This document shows positions 36,744 to 47,149 of a stretch of DNA of 64,000 nt, in pieces. The translations under genes were made by a program, and so were the position numbers. Position 1 is the first letter of the stretch. Every line of letters starts with the position of its first letter. The notes beneath the pieces are model-generated. The model saw only the letters and a list, made by a program, of their open reading frames with translations, was not told the DNA's origin and ran no database searches. The stretch is from Amphiscolops sp. MND2022 (Eukaryota): the NCBI GenBank assembly GCA_964187785.1, contig OZ076409.1, positions 52,516,001 to 52,580,000 of the forward strand, given 5' to 3'.

Positions 36744-38072
36744 CTAACTCGTTACGTTTACTTTGTTGGTCTTTCTCAGAGAGTTTCTGGCTGATGTAAT
36801 CTCATGAATAAGGAAGTCAGGATATTTTTTCGGTGTAGGGTTCTCGCGTAACCTGTACCTACTCTGATTGTTTCTAGACGGTCTAGAACTCATCCTTTCC
36901 TCATCTTCAGTTTGCGTGTTTGTCTGTTGTGACTGATTTTCGTGTTGTTCGTCTCTCAGAGGTACTCTTATCCTACTTTCATCGCGGGGGGGCGGTAGAA
37001 TAATTTCTTCTTGCGTTCCAAATCTAACTGTAGGTGGTCTAAAGTTGTTGTGGTCAGTTTCTACTTGCTGATAATCTATTCTCGTGGTTATTTCTGGTGG
37101 AATAACTTGTGGACTGTGTTGTTCTTGTACTTGCGGAATTATTTCTTCTGAAGGCTCTTCTTCGACTAAGTCTTGATCTAGATTGTCATTCTCATTCTGA
37201 TCTACTTCGTCGGTCGTCGGAATGTTCGAGTCGAAAATGTCCGTGTCTTCAACCCTTTCAGTGTCTGGGTAGAGATGTTTGGACACGTTGATGTCATCAA
37301 TCGGGAATTCCGGTTTAAACAATCTCAGTCGCATGCGATGTACGCACTGAGTTTGGTGTGTGCCTACTTTGCGGATGATGTAGTTGCTATCGGATAGCAC
37401 TTTCATCACCTTGTACGGTCCTTTCCAATGGAAAGTTTTAAACTCTTCTTTGCTTCTCTGAGAGTCGTATTTAGGATCTAGTAGGAACACAAATTCATTC
37501 ACCTTCAGTGGCTGTGCTCGTGCTTTTCTATCATAGTACGTTTTGTACTTATGATAGGCGGAAATGATGTTATCTAGATTGTCTCTGAAGATGAAGTTCA
37601 TTTTGTCTAGAATTTCGTTCACGTCCTTGCACTTTGTTTCAGCCGGTTTGTTTGCGTTTCGGAATTGCAGATCTAGTGGGTTGTATGGTGTTCTTCCGTG
37701 GAAAATTTCAGTTGGTGAACATTTCAGTGAATCATGATACGTTGTGTTATGGGCCATGATTGCTATGTCGACATAGCGGTCACATTGTGGTCGGTCTGCG
37801 TTTACACTAATTTTAAGGATCTTTTTCAGTTTCGCGTGCGTTCTCTCTACCATGCCTATTGTCTGTGCGTGCTTTATCGTGGCATGGGAGATGTGAATAT
37901 CAGCCGCTTTCGCGATTTCAGACAGAAGTTCAGCCGTAAACGCCGTGCCCTTGTCCGTCAGAATGTGCTTGGGCACATACGCGTGTTTCGTGAAGATCGA
38001 CAGTAATCCTCTGACTACGGAATGTGTATCAGGTCTCTTCAGCGGAACGGCGAACAGGTAGCGTGAAAAAAC
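36744..38072 (-). CDS. pol: Remainder of integrase (core DDE and C-terminal tail), separated from pol by an 8-nt frameshifting insertion
   Basis: Frame continues VFSRYLFAVPL...ILTDKGTAF...VERTH...WKGPY. Removing GGCGCGGC (38073-38080) restores AVDVFSRY. Confidence 0.9.
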   Translation of the reverse strand, partial: VFSRYLFAVPLKRPDTHSVVRGLLSIFTKHAYVPKHILTDKGTAFTAELLSEIAKAADIHISHATIKHAQTIGMVERTHAKLKKILKISVNADRPQCDRYVDIAIMAHNTTYHDSLKCSPTEIFHGRTPYNPLDLQFRNANKPAETKCKDVNEILDKMNFIFRDNLDNIISAYHKYKTYYDRKARAQPLKVNEFVFLLDPKYDSQRSKEEFKTFHWKGPYKVMKVLSDSNYIIRKVGTHQTQCVHRMRLRLFKPEFPIDDINVSKHLYPDTERVEDTDIFDSNIPTTDEVDQNENDNLDQDLVEEEPSEEIIPQVQEQHSPQVIPPEITTRIDYQQVETDHNNFRPPTVRFGTQEEIILPPPRDESRIRVPLRDEQHENQSQQTNTQTEDEERMSSRPSRNNQSRYRLRENPTPKKYPDFLIHEITSARNSLRKTNKVNVTS

Positions 38073-41000
38073 GCCGCGCCGTCAACAGCCGTCAGAATGT
38101 GTGTGAAACCGTTCGACGCCGGGAGTGGACCAACGATGTCTATTTCCAACAGGTCTTCTGGTCCGTCGCACGGGTCGTAGATTTTTTGTAACGGTGGACG
38201 TAGTTGCGTTTCTTTTACACTTTTAGATTTCATGCAGTTTTCACATCCGTCAAGGACTTTTTGAACTTTACAGGCTAAGTTAGGAGAGTAATATCTTTTA
38301 CGAAGTTCGTACAACATTTTCTTTAAACCAGGGTGTCCTTGTACCGGGCTGTTATGTAGAGTCCTAATTATTTTCAAAATACAGTCTTCAGGAACAACTA
38401 ACTGCTTGTGAGACTCCAGTCCCGTGTGATCAAAAAACTGTCTGTACAAGACACCGTTTACAACTTGTAGGCGTTTTCGATTTTTGTGCAACTTTTGAAA
38501 AAACTGATCTTGCATATTAACTGGGTGTTGCAAAATTTCAGTACCTTCTAAAAATCTAATCATTTTTTGAATAACCCAGTTATTTTTCTGGACCTGAATT
38601 AGATCGATCCCCTCAGCGGGGCTAACCTGACTCATTACCGGGTGTGATAATGATACTTTACGGATGAATTGCGAGAGTTGAATCGGCTCGTCCACGTCTG
38701 TGAGGCGGTACGTCAGATGGTTGTCAGTCGCGAAGTCATCTGAGGCCGCTGTTCTCTCACAGTTGGTGAACTTCATCCCTTTCCCATCGTCATGAGCCAC
38801 GTCAGTGCCAGTTGCCAATTTCATCTCTTTGACATCCTTCTGGCGTTTGCATCTGAGTGGTTCGCTCGTGGGAAAGTAATCAGGCTCGTCTTCCTCCTGT
38901 TTTGGTGTACGGGAGGCGATGTCGATCTCGATTCTGTGAATTGGAATAGTATCAGTCAATTTTAAATGTACACGGTCTTCAGGTCTAATCTCAAGCCGAG
39001 ATAAGTAATCCGCTGCGGGATTTTCAACTCCTGGAACATGTGCTAATAAAAAATTGAACTGAAGGGTTTGATCGCAAAAATTCCAAAGTGAAGGCGGGAT
39101 ATGCTTCGCCTGAATAAATCTAGTCAAGGCCTTATTGTCAGTCATAACAATGATGGGTTTTTTCGCACCCCACAAAATGTGGCCAAATTCATCGAAGGCA
39201 AAGTGCATAGCTAAAAACTCTTTGGCATACATTGTTAGAGACATCTGGCCGCCCTGAAATTTGTTAGAGCCAAATGCAACAGGGGCGTATGTTTGTTTGA
39301 CTGACGGGTCAGCATAATCCTCAATTAACAAAACATAGCCGGCAGCGTGTTCGCTGGCGTCACACATGATTACCAATTGTTTATCAGGTAATGGCAATTT
39401 CAGGGACACTTTTGTTGCTTTTAACAAACTTTCATTGATTTCAAAAATAGCATCTTTATGTTGTTGATTCAGTTTGAAAGGGACGTCCTTCTTGATCAAC
39501 TCCTGTAAACAACAAGTTTTATCAGCTAGGCGGGGAATATAAGACCTGTAAAAGTTTACAAAACCAAGATAACGTTGCAACGCTTTCACTGAGTTGGGGG
39601 GTTTCAATTTGGTCAGATAGTCAGTTACTCGTTTCTCAATGGGAGCAATACCGGTGCTAGAAATTGTTTTTCCCAAGTACTCAATTTGCTTTTGTCCAAA
39701 TTCACAATTACTCATGCTAAGTTTAAGACCAGCTTTGTTCAACTGCTGAAAAACAAGTTCAAGGTTATTAATCAGTTCGTCAGGGGTGTGTGCTGCAATT
39801 CCGATGTCATCAACATATTGAGCACATCGGTCCGCTTTGACCAGGGGGTCCAAATACTCACGGACTACACTTGTGAATGCTGACAAAGAACGATTAAGGC
39901 CCTGTGCTAGGCGTAAAAAGGCAAAAGTTCTAGAACCAAAATTAAACGATAACAGTTGGACAGACTGCTCATCGGCCATTGGGATGCAATGGTAGGCCTG
40001 GGAACAATCAAGTATACAGAAGTACTTTTTCCCGGCCATATGTTGGGCAGCGTCAGCAATTGTTGTTACGGGATGGTTGTGTTCACCGTAATCGTTTTTG
40101 ATCAAGTGGTTTATTCTTCTCAAGTCAACTAAAATCCTCAATTTACTATTAGGTTTACGTTGAGCGAATATCGGAGATGAGTATTTGCTATGAGGCAAAG
40201 TAGTTATGATCCCGTACTCTTGCATTAAGGCTAACTCCACGAGCAAATCGTCCTTCAAATTTGTCGGAGTAGGGAGACTTTGTGAATAAACAGGTTCTTC
40301 ATGTTGGGGTGTTAGCTTAACTTTAAAATCAGTGTTCATGCCAATATCAAAACGATGTCTAGCAAAAATGGAGTTGTACTTTACCAGCAACTCCTCTACC
40401 TGTAACCGTTGAGACGTAACCGTAGTAAGAAGCGAGTCGTCCCAGTTGAAGTTCTTCAGGAAGTTCATCCGTTGTTCATCGGATTGGGACGGGTCAAGCT
40501 TCTCGAGCTCTCGCAGTGCCAGAATCTCATCATAGATTCGTCGCTCAATTGCGTTGAGTTTGTCTGGCTCACTGCACGTCTCGGGAGTTGGGTACCACTT
40601 AGTTGACTTCATTTCAGGGTTCACGAACAGTTGGTTGATCACTGCTTCCGCCTCATCTGGGTACTTGGTGATCAGGTTCAAGTGTTCGACTGGCATGGGT
40701 GTGATGTTTGCCGCCTGATGTGGTGTCGATATGCGAAAGTGTGCCAGAGTGGTGTTGGCATCGAGTGTGAACGTGTGGTTGTTCGGGTTGGTGACCTGGA
40801 TTGTCGTCTTGCCCTCGTCTAGGTCAACCAAAGCTGGGGAAACAAGCAAACACGTCTTTCGCATGAATCCAGGTGAGCCCTCAACTGTACCAGTTGTAAG
40901 TGGGATGTCCGCGTCACTGTGGACCTGTATCATCACTTGATGGAGAGGAGGGATCACTGTTCTAGTACTGGAACACAAATCAATTAAACCAGTTTTGAAT

Positions 41001-41851
41001 CTGTTGTTCTTTTGCTGTCTAACTTGCATGGACATCATGTGATTAGGGAAGTGAACAAGGTGGTTTTTTATGTCTAAGTTGACTGAGTACTTTTCAAAGA
41101 ATGACATTCCAATTAAATTTGTGCCCATTGTTGGAAGGATTAGGAACGTTTCTTCAAAGACTTTTCCAGCAACGTAAAATCTAAGTAAGACTTGCTTACG
41201 CACTGGGACTAAGTTCCCGTTTGCTATTTGAATTTTGAAATTCGGAGGGGGGAGTTCTTGAAGGATGGCTTCTGGATGAGCCGTTGTTATTTTTCGCAAT
41301 TCTGCTTCAGACATTGCGCTTTGAATTGCGCCTGTGTCTAACAGTGCATGATTTTCGTATTTATCAAACTGAAGAGGGACGTACAGCATTTTATCTTTCT
41401 TGTTTAAATGTAAAGTGGGACTAAGAACGTGAATTTCTGTTTTAGTTGCATGTTTGTTAGCTTTTGAAATGTTAGTACTACTATATTTTGCATGTTTTTT
41501 AATACTAAGCCGTTTGTCGATTATTGAGTATGAAGTCGAGTCGTCGTCTAGATGGTTGGTGTCCATCTCTTTGGCATCGTCCACCTGCCTCATGGTGTTT
41601 TGTTGCCAGTTCATCGTTTGTTCATCGTTGATTTCAGCGAGTGGAGAAAAGCGGCTGCCGTTGCGTTGACGTGCATTTCCCATCGCTTTTTCATCGTTGG
41701 AAAGTCTTCGCTGATAGACGTCGTCAGCTTTTGGTCGTTTGTCCAGTGAAGGCTGCCATTTCTTCATTGGACGGTTGTGTGTAGTCGGTTGAGTCGAAAG
41801 TCGTTTGTCGCGCGTTGTATTTCTAGCGGGCGGAAATCGTGGCTGAATCAA
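38039..41851 (-). CDS. pol: Pol: aspartic protease, reverse transcriptase, RNase H, N-terminal integrase (in -1 frame relative to gag)
   Basis: LLDTGA (PR); LDCSQAY and YVDD (RT); IMCDAS and NPAADYLSR (RH); HNSPVQGH...CENC (IN zinc finger); IDIVGPLP (first catalytic Asp). Confidence 0.95.
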   Translation of the reverse strand: MIQPRFPPARNTTRDKRLSTQPTTHNRPMKKWQPSLDKRPKADDVYQRRLSNDEKAMGNARQRNGSRFSPLAEINDEQTMNWQQNTMRQVDDAKEMDTNHLDDDSTSYSIIDKRLSIKKHAKYSSTNISKANKHATKTEIHVLSPTLHLNKKDKMLYVPLQFDKYENHALLDTGAIQSAMSEAELRKITTAHPEAILQELPPPNFKIQIANGNLVPVRKQVLLRFYVAGKVFEETFLILPTMGTNLIGMSFFEKYSVNLDIKNHLVHFPNHMMSMQVRQQKNNRFKTGLIDLCSSTRTVIPPLHQVMIQVHSDADIPLTTGTVEGSPGFMRKTCLLVSPALVDLDEGKTTIQVTNPNNHTFTLDANTTLAHFRISTPHQAANITPMPVEHLNLITKYPDEAEAVINQLFVNPEMKSTKWYPTPETCSEPDKLNAIERRIYDEILALRELEKLDPSQSDEQRMNFLKNFNWDDSLLTTVTSQRLQVEELLVKYNSIFARHRFDIGMNTDFKVKLTPQHEEPVYSQSLPTPTNLKDDLLVELALMQEYGIITTLPHSKYSSPIFAQRKPNSKLRILVDLRRINHLIKNDYGEHNHPVTTIADAAQHMAGKKYFCILDCSQAYHCIPMADEQSVQLLSFNFGSRTFAFLRLAQGLNRSLSAFTSVVREYLDPLVKADRCAQYVDDIGIAAHTPDELINNLELVFQQLNKAGLKLSMSNCEFGQKQIEYLGKTISSTGIAPIEKRVTDYLTKLKPPNSVKALQRYLGFVNFYRSYIPRLADKTCCLQELIKKDVPFKLNQQHKDAIFEINESLLKATKVSLKLPLPDKQLVIMCDASEHAAGYVLLIEDYADPSVKQTYAPVAFGSNKFQGGQMSLTMYAKEFLAMHFAFDEFGHILWGAKKPIIVMTDNKALTRFIQAKHIPPSLWNFCDQTLQFNFLLAHVPGVENPAADYLSRLEIRPEDRVHLKLTDTIPIHRIEIDIASRTPKQEEDEPDYFPTSEPLRCKRQKDVKEMKLATGTDVAHDDGKGMKFTNCERTAASDDFATDNHLTYRLTDVDEPIQLSQFIRKVSLSHPVMSQVSPAEGIDLIQVQKNNWVIQKMIRFLEGTEILQHPVNMQDQFFQKLHKNRKRLQVVNGVLYRQFFDHTGLESHKQLVVPEDCILKIIRTLHNSPVQGHPGLKKMLYELRKRYYSPNLACKVQKVLDGCENCMKSKSVKETQLRPPLQKIYDPCDGPEDLLEIDIVGPLPASNGFTHILTAVDGAAFFHATCSPFR

Positions 41852-43353
41852 AAACCCTGGTTAATGTCTTCATCAGAGTAGCTTAGTTGTTCGTCGTCCT
41901 CAGTAATTGCTTGCATTGGATTCAACGGCTTTTGCTGTCGTTTTAAATCTTGTCGTCTAGCCTTGTTGTCGTCCTGTGAATTCGTTGTGTATGGAATCTT
42001 TCCATATGCAGAGCTGCTTTCCTTGGGAATGCGTCGTCTGCAGTCTCTTGCAGAGTGGCCGGTGTATCCACAAATCTGGCAAACCAGCTTGGGATTGTAC
42101 TTCGGTTTGTCTGGGTCGGTTGCTTTCTTCATCGGAATTGCATCTTCTTTCTTAATGCCGTTTGCTTCGTCACGTTGTCGGGCGCGACATTCCGTTTTGC
42201 GGTGACCTGTCTTTCCGCAGTAGAAGCATTGTCCCTCAAATCGTTTTCGTTCTGTCGGTTGCGTTGTCGTTGTTGTTGCTGGTTTAATCGTTGTGTTGGT
42301 CGTTGGGACCGAGGAGGTGACCGCGTTAAATGGTTGAATTGCCGTTGGTGGCGCAACGTACTGTTGGTACTGGTACTTTCTCATCAAGTATGTCTTGATT
42401 TCTTCTGGTGAGCTCTCCTCCTTATTGGCCATCGTAAGTTCTTGTTGTATTTCGACTGGGAGTTTACCGAACAAGAACATTTTGATGATTTTATCCGCTT
42501 CTTCCCCAAATGCTTGTTTCGCAATCTTTTTCAAGTTTTTGAGGAAGTCGCTGAATGTTTCTGTGGTGGGATCGTAACGGGCTTGATCCCATTTGTATCG
42601 AGCTACTTCTTTAAGGTCCTCTTTCGCGAATTCTTTCCTGAAGAGGTCGAGTACATCTTTCAGCGTTGTTAGTGGCGTTATCTGGATGGATTGCCAGTAC
42701 TCTATTGCATCATCTCTCAAAAGGCTTTGAAAGAAGTGGAGTTTGTTCTCTTCGGTGATTTTGTTGGCGAGCGGGCTAAGGTGGTTAAGGAGAAGGTGCT
42801 CGAATTCCACGAATTTGTCTTTTTGGCCTCTGAAATTTGGGACGTGTGTCTGTAGTAGTTTCGTGTTGGTGGTGGTGCTTTTGATTCGTTGGGGGATCGT
42901 CTCGATTGCATTGAGTAGTCGTTCCTCATTGCTTCTAGGAGTTGATTCACCTTCTTCGTCCGAGTCGTCTTCCTGGAATCGCCTGAAGTTTGTGAAGCTG
43001 GATGTCGGGCGGGTGGAGCGGGTTTCTGTAACTCCTGTCACCATGTCGAACCCTACTCTGTGGGTCGGCTTTGAAGAACTTTGCGATGTCGAAGGTAAGT
43101 TATTTTCGTCATTTTTACTAATAACTGCCATTAATAAGTTCTTCAGTTGACTAAATTCGCTTTGTAACTCATTTATCTTCTTCTCATAGTTCACTCTTAT
43201 TTCAGACAACTGGGACGAGATATCTGAAGTTTCGTTGTTGTCAGAGTCATTGGCGGATGACTGAGCCATGTCTGGATCTATTGGCGAAGATGTTCCTGAC
43301 GAGGAATGTATGACTCTACCGCTTCTAAGTTCGGTACCTTGGTCTGGATTCAT
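41848..43353 (-). CDS. gag: Gag (coiled-coil N-terminus, capsid-like region, two CCHC zinc knuckles)
   Basis: 501-aa ORF with CFYCGKTGHRKTEC and CQICGYTGHSARDC. It starts inside the 5' LTR and reads through the PBS. Confidence 0.95.
   Translation of the reverse strand: MNPDQGTELRSGRVIHSSSGTSSPIDPDMAQSSANDSDNNETSDISSQLSEIRVNYEKKINELQSEFSQLKNLLMAVISKNDENNLPSTSQSSSKPTHRVGFDMVTGVTETRSTRPTSSFTNFRRFQEDDSDEEGESTPRSNEERLLNAIETIPQRIKSTTTNTKLLQTHVPNFRGQKDKFVEFEHLLLNHLSPLANKITEENKLHFFQSLLRDDAIEYWQSIQITPLTTLKDVLDLFRKEFAKEDLKEVARYKWDQARYDPTTETFSDFLKNLKKIAKQAFGEEADKIIKMFLFGKLPVEIQQELTMANKEESSPEEIKTYLMRKYQYQQYVAPPTAIQPFNAVTSSVPTTNTTIKPATTTTTQPTERKRFEGQCFYCGKTGHRKTECRARQRDEANGIKKEDAIPMKKATDPDKPKYNPKLVCQICGYTGHSARDCRRRIPKESSSAYGKIPYTTNSQDDNKARRQDLKRQQKPLNPMQAITEDDEQLSYSDEDINQGF
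41851..41857 (-). promoter_or_regulatory. -1 ribosomal frameshift slippery site G GGU UUU
   Basis: CAG GGT TTT TGA ends gag. The heptamer fits X XXY YYZ, and pol is open in the -1 frame (TTG ATT CAG...). Confidence 0.8.
43031..43043 (-). promoter_or_regulatory. Primer binding site, tRNA-Leu-like
   Basis: TGGTGACAGGAGT abuts the LTR end and matches 12/13 nt of the complement of a typical eukaryotic tRNA-Leu(CAG) 3' end (TGGTGTCAGGAGT). Confidence 0.75.
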
Positions 43354-45226
43354 GTATTCGAGAGAAAGAATTATGAGTGAAGACTGAATTATCTGAGATG
43401 TTGTTTCAATGTATTTTGCTGATTTAACTGAATATTCAATCTCAAATTCACTAATCTGAAACTGAGATGTTTTAGAAAGAAGTCGTACAAATAAGTAAGC
43501 AGTTAGATAAGGAGAAGGGAACTAGCAAGTTATTCAGGAGAAGTTCATCCAATTTTCATCACAGTAGTAGATGTACCAAGGAAATTACTCAGTTCAAATT
43601 CTTCAATTTCTGACGATGAAATAGAGATGTATTTTTTGACTTTCGCGTGTTAAAATATCCAACTGGTCGGTAGCTTGTCGCAATTCGGGCTGAGTAATCT
43701 TTTATGGCGGTCCAAATTACAGCAGTTCACGTGTCTTTTCGGTTGGTAAGACGCTAAATCTCTTACCAACCTACTCTCATTGGCTGTTACCAGCTGGTGC
43801 TAAAATGGTAAGTCACGTGACCAGTGTTGTGAACTGCCGCAAAGTGGCTACGCACCATGGTACATCTACATGTGTTAATGGTGTTTAGTCATCAATTTAC
43901 AATGTCGCAATTGCCTGCACATAACATCATGGTTTCTATAGCAACTAAAATGGACTCAAATCATTCAATAACGCACTAATTTCAATCAAATTTAAGGTAA
44001 AGCACACTTTGGGATGGGAAAACGATGTTTTCCGCTGATTCTAGCGCCAAAATCAATGATTTAAAACTTGAAGATGGAAATGCGATGAACTTGTAAGAAT
44101 ATTTGCTGATTTCCAAGTCTAGTTTTGCTCTGGATGAAAATGCGATGAATGGTAGTCTTTCTCGTTCGGAAATCAACACAATTCAAACTGACGATGATAA
44201 AAGGATGAACTCCATGCATAATTTGCCAATTTCCAGCACAGATTCAAATGACGATGAATTCGGGATGAATTCAGTCGATAAACGCTAATTCTAGTACATG
44301 AGAATTTTAGCGATGAGTTTAGGATGAACTTGTCAGTTAAAACAGCAAATACCAAAGCAATACAAATTGGCGATGAGTTTAGGATGAACTCACCCACTAA
44401 AATGGTTAATTTTCAGCACAAACGATATCAAGATGAATTAAGGATGGGTTTACTAAACAAATCAGATAACTAGCACTTTCACTCTTTTTAGGATGAATTA
44501 AGGATGTACTTTCTCATTTCCCTTCTGTACTAGTGAACGCGATGAATAAAGGATGAACTACCGTTCTTTAGAAATGAGAAGCACACTCAGGAAATACTAA
44601 AAGAAATAATCACGATGAATTAAAGATGAGTTTTACTAGAATAAGTCCCATAAAATCCGCTGATGGATTTATGATGAAAGTCAATTTAAAGTCCCATGTT
44701 TTGTTCACTCGCAAATTTTAAGGATGGGATTGCGATGAACTTTGGTTAAAAGCACCGTTGAATCCGCTGATGGATCCAATTGAAATTCCTGATCAGGTCA
44801 ACATCGTCATCAAATACGACGATGAATTCGTGATGAATTTAATGGAATTTGTCACAACTACATACTCTGAGGCGGGGAGTTAGTAGAAGTTATACTTTCC
44901 ATTACTTCCAATATTCCTCGGTCCAGTCTGACCGGAAAACTTCTCTCCTTATCGTGACAAACCAATATTTACGAAATATAGCTCTTTCAAGGCCAGATTC
45001 TGGCAAGATCATTTATGCGGACACCGGAACTAGAGCGCTCAGTATTAAGTAAATATATATATCTCACACTCAAAGGGGGATGGGATTAAAGTACAAGCAA
45101 CGTAGGGTTGCTCACAACCATGGCCCTTATTATATGACATCATATTGCCCATATCTAAGTACATAAGACATAATATTTACATTACAGATATTTAGTAGAT
45201 TACATTTCCATCATGCTGGCATGACA
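43044..45226 (-). repeat. 5' LTR (2183 bp), contains the first 103 codons of gag
   Basis: Minus strand reads TGTCATGCC...GGGTTCGACA, followed directly by the TGG PBS. Matches 25993-28237. Confidence 0.95.
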
Positions 45227-47149
45227 ATTTGGAAGTCGTCCCAAAGCAGTCTATTGCTCCTCCAATCGTTATCACTTGATTCCCTTCGACTTGGTTCACC
45301 TTCGACTTTTCAAAAAAGAAGCGTTAGCGAAGTGAGGGAAGCTGTGCTAACAACCTAAAGACAAACCCATGTTCATGCATTGAAATTAGTACCAAAAGGT
45401 CTTCAAAGTCCTCCCAGTTGATAAAACCCAACACAGTATTGTTTTTTTTTGTTTTCTCTCTGACAATTTCCTATATGAACTTCGAATGGAAAATTGTCAG
45501 AGAGAAATTGAACGTTGTACAACTTACGCTTTGAAACTTCAAACAATCTTGAATCACGTTTGTTCTCCAAGATGTACTTCGTCTCTTTTCCGTGCATTCT
45601 GGCAACTGATCACAAATATTCCGTCCATGCATTTAACGGGGATTATATCGCATAGTTATACTTTTCTCATCTTTCGTTCCCTGGCACTCACGTAGAAGAC
45701 GTTGCTCCGTCTACCGCGCAACTTCGATTCTGTCTGATTCTCAGAGACGCATTCAAAGTTGTCGCATCTAATTCCCAGTTCATTGTCTTTAGTTATGGGA
45801 TTGGCGCAACCACTGTCGAGCACAAAGTCGCAATTTTAACAACTTCAAGTTACTAGTGTTTTGACCGCCTCTCTGACATTCTAAGCGGTAATTCTAATCC
45901 GCTTTTCACTGCAATTCACACTGCTTCTTATGAACAGTCTCACTTCGTTTCGCTTCAGAAACGTCCGTTCATCCTTGGTTACTTTTTTAGTGGTGGTATC
46001 GAAGTCTACATGTATGAAATCTCTGTTTAACTTATCGAGATTCTTGTATTTCTTAGTAGACCTCAATGAGGCCCAAAATGAGTCAAGCATCGTTCAATCC
46101 CTTTCAGACAAAATTTGCTCGATAAAGGATTCGTCAACGTGTCTCAGGTTATACTGCGGGACTTCAGCACGTGTATTGTTGTGTTGTATACGTTTGTTTC
46201 AGTATGCTCATTTTCAATAGGCTGCAGTAGTGAACGAAGAGGTTTAAAACTCTCAAACATATCAGAAAGATGTTTCCATGCGGCTTTTTGGGTTCATTTT
46301 TATTTTGTTGAGAAAAACTGGATTAATCAAATATTTTGTTTTCGAAAGTGGTCAGACTAACAAATTGTTTCGTTGCTTGGCTTTGTACGCACTTCTTCCC
46401 AAAAATCATCTAAATTTTGTGAACCAATTGCAAACAAAATCCGCTTAAGGCCAAGAAGTGCGAAGTTTTCAATTTTTCATCAAGTGGTTTTCATGGAAAA
46501 TTAAAAACATAGGAGTTCCGAAAATACCCAAGAAGAAGAACCCTTCGTACTAGCAACCGTTTCTCTCTGACTGAAAAGAATGTGGGCTCTGTTCATATGG
46601 ACTTTCAGTTTCTGTTCGCTCTGTGGTTTGGATAAAAAACGAGAAAAAACATTCTGTATAATTTCCCCGACGAAAATTTTAGTTAAAAACGAAAATAAAG
46701 AAAAATGTTAACTTTCGCAATTTGGCGGGTAGACGTCGAATAGACACGTCCGCTTTTTAGTTGGATCATTTTTTGTGACATTGCAGTAGAAGATTTCAAC
46801 CATGTGGTCAACCTTGGAACGGCTTGAAGCAGTGGTTTTGAGGTGTCTCATCCATAGTCATAAACACGTGATTGCGCAACATTGCTCATTCCAAGATTTT
46901 CATGTGCCGATTGCGTTTTTTTCTCACTACCACTAAACTAGGTATCAAAAACATATTGAAGCTCAACTATGATGAGTTGAAAGAAAGTACAATCTCAATT
47001 TGCATCAACGTTGGTCTAAGGCAGTAGCCACCGTTGCCCCCAGAAATTCAAAAAAGTTGAATTACATTTCCATATCACGCGTTTATCAATGAAAAACTCT
47101 TCCTCGTTTCAAAGAAAACTTGTTGTCTCGCCCAAGTAGATCGATGCGT

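Larger units (their letters stand above)
25993..45226 (-). mobile_element. Full-length giant Ty3/Gypsy LTR retrotransposon (19,234 bp)
   Basis: Near-identical direct repeats at 25993-28237 and 43044-45226 with TGTC...GACA ends. TSD ATTTG at 25988-25992 and 45227-45231. PBS, PPT and gag present; pol order is PR-RT-RH-IN. Confidence 0.97.

Noticed and set aside
27860..45226. Element defined by short 378-bp LTRs
   Set aside because: Identity continues to 25993/43044, where the PBS and the ATTTG TSD are found.
45400..46400. Coding-looking minus-strand fragments
   Set aside because: No recognisable motif and multiple stops; may be a TE relic but cannot be assigned.
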